This document shows positions 7,130-16,235 of a stretch of DNA of 24,990 nucleotides, piece after piece (within the stretch, counting starts at the first letter, position 1; each line of letters begins with the position of its first letter). The translations under genes were made by a program, and so were the position numbers. Origin of the DNA: Methanomicrobiales archaeon (lineage in GTDB: Archaea > Halobacteriota > Methanomicrobia > Methanomicrobiales > Methanospirillaceae); NCBI GenBank assembly GCA_037137755.1, contig JBAXJR010000033.1:1-24990 (forward strand), read 5' to 3'. The notes beneath the pieces are model-generated. The model searched no databases and had not been told where the DNA came from. It saw nothing but the letters and a program-made list of their open reading frames with translations.

Positions 7130-8082
7130 TAAATCACTCCTTTTCGTTCTAACCTGTCGATTAGCAAATCGATCTTTTTGTAAATTTCTCGGGTTCGTTG
7201 ATCCGTTTCCCTCTGGTCGAGTTCAAGTTGATCCTGCCGCCTTAGCACAGAGGGCCCGTTCTGTATCCTTGCCCTTTCCTCCAAAGCGTCTAGCATTTCA
7301 ACCGCTGGAATTTTTGTCCTGTTTGCATATTCGACCCGTAAAGAATTGCCGTGGACATATGCCTTCCACATCGCACCCTCTATTTCCTGATACTTTACCC
7401 CGCACTCAATTGTGTATTTTTGTGACTCGATATGTTCCTCATAAGATACGAAATCCCACTCCGCAGGTACAAACCCATATTTCTTTAGATCGTGTATCAC
7501 GTTGATGAGCAAGTCTAAACCGAAACCCTTTCCACCGTCTGCGCATAAGTGGATCATCTCCGTGCCCGTCGATGGGTAGGACTCCCACGTGATCTTTTGC
7601 TGAGTAACCAGATTGCGGGGAAATCCTGTTTTTGGGATTGCTTCGGATGGGTCTAAGGGTGCTGTATCAGGGCTTGTCCACTTTACCCCCCGTGCCCCCA
7701 AAGGTGACAAGGTTTTCCGGAGGGTTACGTTCTCATACAAGGCCCGTGGATTTTTGAAGAACGACGACAATTTTTTGTTTTCCCAAGTGGGATCATAACC
7801 ATAATACCCGTGCGATTTCTTCATAACCGCGCCCTTATATTTCCCCGTTCCGGTAAGGCGGCTTAATGCTTTCTTTACCGCGTCACGGGTAGATTCTGTT
7901 CGCTGTTGCAGTTCCTTCAGGCTGAATGCTTTTTGAGGATCGTCCTTCATTAGTGAAACCAGTACCATAGATAGTGCCGTCCCCTTTGGAGGAATGGGGA
8001 CAAGTGGTTTGTCCACTATCACGGGTTTTTTGTCCACTAGTGACAAGCCTGTGGACTCAGGCTCCGGACAACAGATCGTCAT
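7129..8082 (-). CDS. Winged-helix protein with C-terminal coiled coil, candidate replication protein
   Basis: N-terminal wHTH (FSLKELQQRTESTRDAVKKALSRL...KKSHGYY), C-terminal heptads; ATGA overlap with the upstream gene; function inferred from position only. Confidence 0.6.
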   Translation of the reverse strand: MTICCPEPESTGLSLVDKKPVIVDKPLVPIPPKGTALSMVLVSLMKDDPQKAFSLKELQQRTESTRDAVKKALSRLTGTGKYKGAVMKKSHGYYGYDPTWENKKLSSFFKNPRALYENVTLRKTLSPLGARGVKWTSPDTAPLDPSEAIPKTGFPRNLVTQQKITWESYPSTGTEMIHLCADGGKGFGLDLLINVIHDLKKYGFVPAEWDFVSYEEHIESQKYTIECGVKYQEIEGAMWKAYVHGNSLRVEYANRTKIPAVEMLDALEERARIQNGPSVLRRQDQLELDQRETDQRTREIYKKIDLLIDRLERKGVI

Positions 8083-8291
8083 TTTCGATACCCTTCAGAA
8101 TAAGGGAAATCCTCTGGGAATGAGATCGCCTCTACAATTTGATCATACTGGTCAGCGGGTAATTTGACCCTGAGAAGGCGCAGGGCCGCGACCCGTTCGT
8201 CCGGTGACGCATTCGATAGATCGGACAGGGCATCACAGAAAGCGGCGAAATTATCAGCGGTGATAAAGGGGGTGACGTAATCCCGGGGCAT
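8079..8291 (-). CDS. Hypothetical protein (70 aa)
   Basis: Start/stop overlaps on both sides (TGATG, ATGA). Confidence 0.65.
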   Translation of the reverse strand: MPRDYVTPFITADNFAAFCDALSDLSNASPDERVAALRLLRVKLPADQYDQIVEAISFPEDFPYSEGYRK

Positions 8292-8527
8292 CAGGCATTC
8301 ACCTCGTTGATGTCGTAAGTGATACGTCCGCCATTCAGTTCGATCAGACGAATAGCATTAATTTCTTTGACGTGTCGCTGCAACGCCCACGCACGAACCG
8401 CTTCAATCGTGACTGTCGGCGGAACGTTTATGTCCTGACAACCCGATGTGTTACATAGACCTTTTGAAGTATAGGTCACTGTATGAGGGTTTACTTGGAC
8501 GTGGCCCTCTGCAACCTCGCTTTTCAT
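8291..8527 (-). CDS. Hypothetical protein (78 aa)
   Basis: AAGGAG RBS; start/stop overlaps on both sides. Confidence 0.65.
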   Translation of the reverse strand: MKSEVAEGHVQVNPHTVTYTSKGLCNTSGCQDINVPPTVTIEAVRAWALQRHVKEINAIRLIELNGGRITYDINEVNA

Positions 8528-8682
8528 AGAGACTCCTTAAATTTGAGTTCAAGCGCTTGGGTCAAGGTGGCTGACATGCTTACCCCATTCATCCGAGACA
8601 GATTTCTCAATTTTTCATCGATCACAACGGTTACGGGGACTTTGGTTACCCCCGTTTTGGGATTATATTGAACAATTCCCAT
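8524..8682 (-). CDS. Ribbon-helix-helix (CopG/CcdA-like) regulator, 52 aa, not in the ORF track
   Basis: MGIVQYNPKTGVTKVPVTVVIDEKLRNLSRMNGVSMSATLTQALELKFKESL*: beta strand VTVVID then two helices with a GxSxS turn; ATGA overlap with the next gene. Confidence 0.7.
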   Translation of the reverse strand: MGIVQYNPKTGVTKVPVTVVIDEKLRNLSRMNGVSMSATLTQALELKFKESL

Positions 8683-8771
8683 ACCCGTTCATGTTGGCGT
8701 GGGGGTGTTATGTCACGTTCATGGCTAAGCGGTGGATGGAGAAAAAGTATAAAATTAAAAAAGGGGATAAA

Positions 8772-9989
8772 TTATCCCATTTGCCGCATACGGGCCTCAA
8801 TTTTCTCTTCGATTAGTTTATTAAGATCGATTCCTACCAATGCGTCGACCCGTTCAATCTCGCTGATCGCGTCCGGCGTCAAACCTTTGCCGCATTGCCC
8901 ACAGAATTTTAAACCGGGTGGGTTCACATACCCACACTGACATTGAACGGGGCCGAATGTCTTTCGCTCTTTTAATTTGACGGGTTCCGCATCAATCTTC
9001 CATCTTGCCTTTACGCTGTCGATAATCAGGTTATCGGTTACATGGGTATAGGTTGACAATTGCTCGGAATCTTCATTCCCCCAAGCAATTCGTTTTACAA
9101 CCGTTTCGCCTAATCCATCTTCAATCATCCGGGTAATTGCTGAATGTCTGAATAAATGGGGGGTGACGTGTTTCTGTATCCCTGCTCGTTCCGCTGCTTC
9201 TTTGATCCGCTGGCTGATGTTTGAATATTGTATCTGAACTTTTTCATTACCTACCCGGTAGAAGAATACCAGTTCGTCCGGTGGTGGTGGGCTGGCAATC
9301 CCCATATCATTCATATAACCAATCAAGAACGCTCTGCCATTCCCTGAACAGGGCACAAGCCGGGGTTTACCCGTCTTTTCATCGACATTGATAATTAAAC
9401 CCCAGTCTTCAAATTTAACCTGATTCCATCGTAACGATGCAATCTCACCCACTCGGAAAGCACCTTCTGACATCAGCATAATTATAGCCTTATCCCGGGC
9501 GTTACGGCAGTTTAGGACTATATCTTCTATTTCCTGATCCGTGAGCATCATTTCAGCGGTTTTAGTCATCCGGTCAAACCGTGGTACTTTGATTTCGCTG
9601 ACAGATCCAAGATTTAATTTAATTTTCTTATTCTTGATTAGAATCAGGTAAAACCGTTTTAGAATCCTACAATAGTCGCTTTTTGTATTCTGCTTTATAC
9701 TTGAATCGGCCTTAATCGCTGAAATTGCCGCGTCAAGTTCATCGTTATTCACATCAGCGAATGGTTTTTTCAGGTAGCGGTGACGACCACCAATCAGGGT
9801 GTAAATCAGTTTATATTTCCGGGCCATTGATAGGCTTGTTGATGCTTTCTCCGATTTCACTATAAACAGTTCAATCAGTTTTTTATCATCAGGGGTTATC
9901 CTTCCATCTTTAACCGATTCGAAAAAGATATTGTCAATATACCGTTCATACTGCGTTTTAGTTCCGGTGAATCGTGATTCTGGCTCCAT
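8772..9989 (-). CDS. Tyrosine recombinase/integrase with C-terminal zinc ribbon
   Basis: Catalytic set R (GAFRVGE), K (KTGKPR), HxxR (HLFRHS), W (IAWG), Y (STYTH); CQCG...CGQCG; starts ~60 bp from attR. Confidence 0.95.
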   Translation of the reverse strand: MEPESRFTGTKTQYERYIDNIFFESVKDGRITPDDKKLIELFIVKSEKASTSLSMARKYKLIYTLIGGRHRYLKKPFADVNNDELDAAISAIKADSSIKQNTKSDYCRILKRFYLILIKNKKIKLNLGSVSEIKVPRFDRMTKTAEMMLTDQEIEDIVLNCRNARDKAIIMLMSEGAFRVGEIASLRWNQVKFEDWGLIINVDEKTGKPRLVPCSGNGRAFLIGYMNDMGIASPPPPDELVFFYRVGNEKVQIQYSNISQRIKEAAERAGIQKHVTPHLFRHSAITRMIEDGLGETVVKRIAWGNEDSEQLSTYTHVTDNLIIDSVKARWKIDAEPVKLKERKTFGPVQCQCGYVNPPGLKFCGQCGKGLTPDAISEIERVDALVGIDLNKLIEEKIEARMRQMG

Positions 9990-10023
9990 ACCATTACTTA
10001 CTCGTTAAAGAATATATAATTTC

Positions 10024-10048
10024 TGTTGGATTAGAAGTATTATGATAA
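10024..10048. repeat. Inner-end inverted repeat, right copy
   Basis: TGTTGGATTAGAAGTATTATGATAA, inverted relative to 1362-1386 (21/25). Confidence 0.85.
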
Positions 10049-10062
10049 TCCCTCCAGCGGCT
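10047..10062 (+). repeat. attR core (duplicated tRNA-Thr 3' end)
   Basis: Identical to 1347-1362. Confidence 0.92.
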
Positions 10063-10337
10063 CTATCATACATGGTTCAAATCGGCTATAGCTCTTTTAT
10101 CATCGAGAAAATTTACGTAATCCTATGGCTGCCCGACTTACCACATAGCCAGATGCACCTTCAATTCTCATATTCTATCACCTGTAAATAACTGCCTCAT
10201 ATGTAAGTTTCAGCTGTAGCCTGCAAAATCTCTTCTAAAATCGCTGACCCCCTAAAAACTTTATTTCAGATCGTTCCCTCCATACCAATCCTTAATATCA
10301 GATAGAATCACCGTTAAACCTGGAGTTCGTGGGTTTC

Positions 10338-10895
10338 ATGAAGTATACAAATAAAATACTCGCAGGGATGCTGATTTTTATCGGCTCTACATTTTTTCTT
10401 TTTGGAATTATAATATCCGAAGCCATTTATCCCGGTTACCATGTAACACAGATGGTAAGCGACCTTGGTGTGGGCCCAACAGCATGGCTTTTCAATTCGA
10501 CCATTTTTATTTTTGGCATATCCATCATTATCAGCGCATACCTGCTCCTGAATATCGGGACAAACAGGTATTTTACCCTACTCCTCGGATTGGCAGGGCT
10601 AGGGGCAGTGCTTGTCGGACTTGTTCCGGAAAACCTGGGGACCTCACATGCAATCGCAGCGGCAATGGTATTTTTATTTGGCGGGTTTTGTGCCATTACC
10701 GGATACAAGGTGTTCAGGGGTCCTTTTACATTATTATCACCATTATTTGGTATTATAACACTGGTTGCAGCGATACTATTCGCATCACAACTGTATATCG
10801 GGCTTGGGGCTGGGGGCATGGAACGGATGATTACCTACCCGCTCATCATTTGGGCCCTCGGTGCAGGTGCATACCTGATGTCCCCGGGAAAATAG
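10338..10895 (+). CDS. DUF998-family membrane protein
   Basis: EAIYPGY...SDLG, FNST, VGLVPE...H, LGAGGMERMITYP; multiple TM helices. Confidence 0.85.
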   Translation: MKYTNKILAGMLIFIGSTFFLFGIIISEAIYPGYHVTQMVSDLGVGPTAWLFNSTIFIFGISIIISAYLLLNIGTNRYFTLLLGLAGLGAVLVGLVPENLGTSHAIAAAMVFLFGGFCAITGYKVFRGPFTLLSPLFGIITLVAAILFASQLYIGLGAGGMERMITYPLIIWALGAGAYLMSPGK

Positions 10896-11152
10896 CACTT
10901 TTTCAGTGTCGCTAAAGCCTGCATCCGGCGAAACATGGTTTTTCAAAGTGTGACTGCAACGATGTGAAATATTCATCCATTGCATGAAAAGAGATAATTT
11001 TCATCCAGATTTTCCAGATACAAACGAAAAATACCTTTCAAAACTACCTTTAGGGCCTTACTTATAAAACCAAGAGGGTTACAAACCAAATTGATTCTCA
11101 TTTCCGGAGGTTCTCCGTAATGACTTAGGTACCTGAAAAAATCGATCGGAAT

Positions 11153-11529
11153 TTATTTTCCCTTGAGTTCCTGATCAATAAATGCAATTAAACCAGAGGG
11201 GCTTGCAGGTTTTTCTATAACGTGATGAACAAAAATATTCCTCGCTTCAAGTCCTTCACGGACTTTATTTTCCGGCATACCAGTATAGATTATTACCTTT
11301 GCATCCTTTAATCGGGCGTCCCGGTGGATCATGGAGAGGAAATCAATGCCATCCCAGGGTGTTTAACATCAAGGAGGATCAGGTCAGGAGATACACCCTT
11401 CATAAGGGTGTCATACGCAACCTCCGCTGAACTTGCAATAAGGGTATCATAATGAGCAAGGTACTTGATAAAATAAGCCAGGCTATCTGCAATGTTTTCA
11501 TTATCCTAGATAATAAAAATATGCGTCAT
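11153..11529 (-). pseudogene. CheY-like single-domain response regulator pseudogene
   Basis: MTHIFII*DNENIA...PDLILLDVKHPG, then a frameshift near 11350, then DGIDFL...KVIIYTG...IEKPASPSGL...KGK*; TAG at 11506-11508. Confidence 0.8.
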
Positions 11530-12040
11530 CAACAATACTTTTTGTATCCTGCTGGATAATTCTTTCGAGTCCATCTTTCTTATGATTTATCGAAAATTAG
11601 ATAATACCACTGATACACCCCAATCCCATCTCGTTCAAAAAACAAACGACACATTATAATAATTCAGCAGTTTCATCTGTTATATTTTAGAAACACGTTT
11701 ATTGATTTTTCTGGGGTATTATGAATTTTTTTGTATAAATTTCTGAATTTGTTGCATTTGGATCCGGTTTCGGGGATCATGTTCAATTGGCAGTGTTGGT
11801 TGCTGGCACATTCACTGATTTTTCTAACCAATATCCCATCCTTCAAATTCATACGAGGTGAATTGGCACATAGATAGCCGGAATATTGGATACTATATCC
11901 GGGCGTAATCCTGTCGCACTGTGTCATTTCACACGATAGCACCATACGGCTATTAGCGGGATTCAGGATTGTGATTGACTGGTTGGACACGTAATTGGCA
12001 ACCATTATCCTTATCCGCTAAGCTCGTTCATGTACTGCTG

Positions 12041-13567
12041 ATGTTGGACGAAGAAGTTTTCTCAAAAATAACCCGTATATCGGAAGAGAAAACCACCTTT
12101 TTGCTATCCGAGATCATTCCGGATTTAAACCCTGCAAAAGACAGATCCACCCTGGATATTATTGAAAAAATTAAGAAAAAACGTCCTGAACTTGGCCTTT
12201 CAATGAAACAAGTCGGAAATGATTTTGAACTATCCACACGTCCGGAAGGACCGGTAAAAAAGAAACTGGTACTTACTCCTGATGATAAGAAGCGACTCTG
12301 GAAATTTTTTGAGGAGCCAAAAGTCCCGCGGCCGCTTGACGAACTAATCAGGGAGTATATCACGAAAAAGACCGGAAAACAGTGGGATGACCCCGTCATT
12401 CTTGAAAGGATACGGCAGGCAGTTATCGCACAGAAAGGAGATTACTGGCGTGAAGGAAAGAACAAAAAGGTCCATTACGAGCAGGGATATCGTATTTTTG
12501 CATATCTAGCCTACCAGTTCCCGGTATATTTTATCCAGTTTGAGCATATCCTCAGAATGCTTGCCTCATCGGGATTACTGAAAGAGGACATGACAATTCT
12601 GGACATTGGCAGCGGCCCGGGTGTAGCAGCACTGGCGACGATAGATTTCCTCTCGCGGACCGGGCATGGTAATGCCACGCTTCATGCTGTTGAACTCGCA
12701 GGGGAGCAACGCGAGGCATTTACCTTCCTTACCAGCAGATTTTCAGATGGCGTTGCAGGGATCACCATAAAAGACCCCCTGCCGGATGATCTTACTGCAG
12801 TTCCTATCCGGGCCCTTCCAACTGATGTTGACCTGCTTGTATTCCAGAATGTCCTGAATGAACTCACAGGACTGACAATCAGGGAAAAGGCAGAAAGGGT
12901 AATTGCCCTGGCAGAAGTGTTGTCACCGGATGGAGTCATTGTGATCACCGAGCCCGCAGATATGGTAAATTCTTCTGAATTGAGACAGACAGTCAAGGAA
13001 CTCGCCATGTCCGGACTCGTTGTCACTGCACCATGCCACCCTGGATGGACGAAAACATGTAATCCCCGGCACTGCTGGAGTTTCGTTGAAAAACCACCAT
13101 TAAAGCCGACCCGTTTAATGGAGATGGTAGCTTCATGCAAGGAAGCATACCGGTTCCTCAATACGGACATTAAATATTCCTATGCAGTCCTGGGAAAAAG
13201 TCACTCCCGGACGACAACAGATAACACCAAAGGAATCCGGAAAAAAACGGCACCATTATCGACCCTTTCCCGCCATCTAGACCGCCGGATCAATGTCGGT
13301 GCTGCAGTGATGTCAGGTGACCTTGGTAACACTAAAACCCACCTATGGAAGTTATGCGACGGAACACCACAAAAACCGGTCTATGCAGTGATGCCTTCGT
13401 ATCATCTTTCATCAGAAAATGAATACATCATGAAAGCAGGTTATACTGACCTGGTTGACATTTCAGGAGTACTTGTCCGGTACAACCCGAACCACGATTC
13501 CTACAACCTCCTTATAACGCGGGCAACAAGGATTGTGCCCACCGGGAACAGTCCAGCGAGAAGATGA
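12041..13567 (+). CDS. Class I SAM-dependent methyltransferase (Rsm22-like)
   Basis: AYLAYQFP, ILDIGSGPG, DLLVFQNVLNEL, VITEP, APC...C...CW, KYSYAVL; ATG at 12041 chosen as start. Confidence 0.8.
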   Translation: MLDEEVFSKITRISEEKTTFLLSEIIPDLNPAKDRSTLDIIEKIKKKRPELGLSMKQVGNDFELSTRPEGPVKKKLVLTPDDKKRLWKFFEEPKVPRPLDELIREYITKKTGKQWDDPVILERIRQAVIAQKGDYWREGKNKKVHYEQGYRIFAYLAYQFPVYFIQFEHILRMLASSGLLKEDMTILDIGSGPGVAALATIDFLSRTGHGNATLHAVELAGEQREAFTFLTSRFSDGVAGITIKDPLPDDLTAVPIRALPTDVDLLVFQNVLNELTGLTIREKAERVIALAEVLSPDGVIVITEPADMVNSSELRQTVKELAMSGLVVTAPCHPGWTKTCNPRHCWSFVEKPPLKPTRLMEMVASCKEAYRFLNTDIKYSYAVLGKSHSRTTTDNTKGIRKKTAPLSTLSRHLDRRINVGAAVMSGDLGNTKTHLWKLCDGTPQKPVYAVMPSYHLSSENEYIMKAGYTDLVDISGVLVRYNPNHDSYNLLITRATRIVPTGNSPARR

Positions 13568-13835
13568 CCAGCGAAATGCCAGGGAATATGAAGGGATGAG
13601 ACAGGTTGTACATGGTCCCTCGGAAAAACCCCAATATAGTAAATTTTCCTCTCTTGTTTCAAACACCTTTTCGTCACCGAAAATACCCTCATTTTCGAAA
13701 ACCGGTAACTATAAAAAAAATTTAACGAAGATTTGTAAAAATTCGGTATATTGCGCGATATTAAAAATAGGTGTTCTAAAGGTAAAATTGTCATTCCAGA
13801 ATGTTTATTGACAAACACGAAGAAAATTAATCCGC

Positions 13836-14567
13836 ATGCCATCCGAGAGACATAATAATTACTTCTACCTGAGTAGTTTAGCCCTTATTCTTCTTCTTTT
13901 TACCCTTCTCTGCGGATGTGTTGGCACCAACTGGACACTTGAGGGTAATAATTCGGGTAAACTTCCAGTCGTGGACCCTGCCACGATGACAACTCTACCA
14001 AATAGTACACCCCCTGCAAACCAGGTTGCGGCAGAGCCACCAAATCACGGGAATATTGAAATAAATAATAATGAGAGACTGGAAAAAGCCTGGAAAACAC
14101 TCCGGATCATTAACTCTGACACAAATGAGCGGTACCTGAAATTGGATTTATCCAAGAGCGATGACGTCAATTACCTTCGATACCTTCTGGTTCCTGAAAC
14201 TGTGCAGAAGATCGACCTCGTGCGGTCTGACCTGAACCAGGTAAAACCCGTGAATGATAACGAAAGAAATGATACAAAAATCCTTATTGAAATCACGAAT
14301 TACACTATTCTGAAATATGAGGGACTGGCCTCTGTAATGCACGCCACCCAGTACGTGTCCATCGGGGACCCGATAAAAATGAAGGCCGAGCTCAGGAAGG
14401 CAAAATTCCAGATAATGGATGCACTTGATATTATCAACAAAAGGGAGATAACACAATACCCGAGTATGTACCGTGACCAGGTTGCAGCCGATAAACGGGA
14501 ACTTGATGATATGGCCTCGCAGGTAGATAGTTTTACCCGCTCAGTCTATCTCAATCCGCTTGTATGA
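13836..14567 (+). CDS. Hypothetical lipoprotein, helical
   Basis: Hydrophobic signal ending in LCGC, T/P linker, helical body. Confidence 0.7.
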   Translation: MPSERHNNYFYLSSLALILLLFTLLCGCVGTNWTLEGNNSGKLPVVDPATMTTLPNSTPPANQVAAEPPNHGNIEINNNERLEKAWKTLRIINSDTNERYLKLDLSKSDDVNYLRYLLVPETVQKIDLVRSDLNQVKPVNDNERNDTKILIEITNYTILKYEGLASVMHATQYVSIGDPIKMKAELRKAKFQIMDALDIINKREITQYPSMYRDQVAADKRELDDMASQVDSFTRSVYLNPLV

Positions 14568-14806
14568 GGCTCAATTCACCTGTTTTTTTATGATCCTGCT
14601 CCTCGTAAGTATTTCCCTTACCTGGGCACCAGGAACCTATCCGGACACATGATTCCATATCTTCATAATCACGGCGGGATAATAGCAACATGATAATTTT
14701 TCGCCACAATGGAAAATCACCGGTGTGTGATAAGAGACAGTGTTCCTGCCATGTGACGCGAGGGAGCACGATATTCAGTGGACTATTGCGGGAATGGGAA
14801 CCTGGA

Positions 14807-15703
14807 ATGAAGCATATCATATCAATTCGTGACCTTGATCGACCGTTTATCGATGAACTGATTAACCACGCCAACCATATTGCATCACAGCATTTTAATG
14901 CGAATTCATTAAGCGATAAAATCCTTGCACTTCTTTTCTTTGAACCAAGCACCAGGACCCGTATGTCTTTTGAGGCAGCAATGGCCCGTCTCGGGGGGAC
15001 CTCAATATCTGTTGGGAGTATCGAAGCGAGCTCGATGGCTAAGGGAGAAACTCTTGCCGATACCATTCGGGTGGTAAGCGGGTATGCCGATGCAATTGTT
15101 CTTCGGCACCCAAAGGAGGGTGCAGCGAGACTTGCGAGTGAATTCGCCTCTGTACCGGTCATCAATGCAGGAGATGGTGCAGGACAGCACCCGTCGCAGA
15201 CCCTGCTCGACCTCTATACAATACAACAGTCCCTGCCACTCGACGGGATCGATGTGGGAATGATTGGTGATCTCAGGTATGGACGGACGGCACATTCACT
15301 GGCATATGCCCTCTCCCTTTACCGCAGTCGGATCCATGTGATATCGCCGAAAGGGCTGGAACTCCCTCCTGCACTAATAGGGGAGCTCCGTGACCGTGGT
15401 ACCGAGGTCATAGAGCATGAGCATATTGAGGACATCATCAGGGAACTAGATGTTCTCTATGTAACCCGTATCCAGAGGGAACGTTTCCCTGACTCGGCAT
15501 CATATTTCGATGTCTCCTCAAGTTACAAGATCACCACCGATCTTCTCGAAGGTGTCAGGAGCCACCTCATCGTGCTGCACCCGCTCCCCCGCGTGGACGA
15601 GATTGAACCTGAGGTAGATGACCTCCCCTATGCCCGGTATTTTGAGCAGTCGAGAAACGGTGTCCCGGTGAGGATGGCCATGCTCCAGGAGGTATTAAAA
15701 TGA
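14807..15703 (+). CDS. pyrB: Aspartate carbamoyltransferase catalytic subunit
   Basis: FFEPSTRTR, KGETLADT, NAGDG..QHPSQ, GDLRYGRT, TRIQRER, HPLPR. Confidence 0.98.
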   Translation: MKHIISIRDLDRPFIDELINHANHIASQHFNANSLSDKILALLFFEPSTRTRMSFEAAMARLGGTSISVGSIEASSMAKGETLADTIRVVSGYADAIVLRHPKEGAARLASEFASVPVINAGDGAGQHPSQTLLDLYTIQQSLPLDGIDVGMIGDLRYGRTAHSLAYALSLYRSRIHVISPKGLELPPALIGELRDRGTEVIEHEHIEDIIRELDVLYVTRIQRERFPDSASYFDVSSSYKITTDLLEGVRSHLIVLHPLPRVDEIEPEVDDLPYARYFEQSRNGVPVRMAMLQEVLK

Positions 15704-16170
15704 CCCCTCGTGTTCCACCGGCTGAGGGACTCCTGATTAACCCGATTAAAAATGGCACCGTTATTGACCATATTACATCAGGGGAAGCCCTGAACGTGTT
15801 GAAAATAATCGGGATTACCGGGACAACAACCGAATCAGTGAGTGTTGCCACAAATGTTTCAAGCGGAAAAATAGGAAAGAAAGACATTGTAAAAATTGAG
15901 AAGCGGGAACTCCGCAAAGAGGAGATGGACCGTATTGCACTGATCGCCCCCCGTGTATCGATCAACATTATCCGTGATTACAAAGTATATGCAAAAGGTG
16001 GAGTTGAACGACCGAAATTTCTCTTGGGAGTGGTCAGGTGCCCGAATCCCGGGTGTATAACAAACGCGCATGAACCGGTCAGCAGCAGGTTTGAAGTTCT
16101 GCCGAATGGTCTGCACTGCATGTACTGCGACTGGCTGATCACCAATGACATCACGGGCCATATGATTTAA
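15700..16170 (+). CDS. pyrI: Aspartate carbamoyltransferase regulatory subunit
   Basis: IKNGTVIDHI, GKKDIVKIE, CPNPGCIT, CMYC; overlaps the pyrB stop. Confidence 0.97.
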   Translation: MTPRVPPAEGLLINPIKNGTVIDHITSGEALNVLKIIGITGTTTESVSVATNVSSGKIGKKDIVKIEKRELRKEEMDRIALIAPRVSINIIRDYKVYAKGGVERPKFLLGVVRCPNPGCITNAHEPVSSRFEVLPNGLHCMYCDWLITNDITGHMI

Positions 16171-16235
16171 CCGCGGATACACTCGTTTCGGAACTATAAA
16201 TTGATTCGGGACCCGAAAGATTCAGCTCGCAGGAA

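Larger units (their letters stand above)
1347..10062. mobile_element. tRNA-Thr-integrated element (~8.7 kb), satellite-like, carrying surface-protein cargo
   Basis: Identical 16-bp AATCCCTCCAGCGGCT at 1347-1362 and 10047-10062; tyrosine integrase next to attR; resolvase and virus-type genes inside. Confidence 0.92.

Noticed and set aside
1362-10048. Transposon terminal inverted repeats
   Set aside because: No transposase; the flanking direct repeat is a tRNA end beside a tyrosine integrase, so these are att arms
1347-10062. Complete provirus or conjugative element
   Set aside because: No recognisable major capsid, portal, TerL, tail, relaxase or T4SS genes
11506-11508. Pyrrolysine read-through of the in-frame TAG
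   Set aside because: The gene also has a frameshift, and the TAG replaces the expected acidic residue (GAG to TAG), so a pseudogene is the simpler reading
11673-12005. 110-aa minus-strand ORF
   Set aside because: Atypical composition with no motif; likely non-coding
14551-15968. Long antisense ORFs over pyrB/pyrI (similar ones over DGGGPS, trm1, mtnA and the GTPase)
   Set aside because: Shadow frames of well-supported genes
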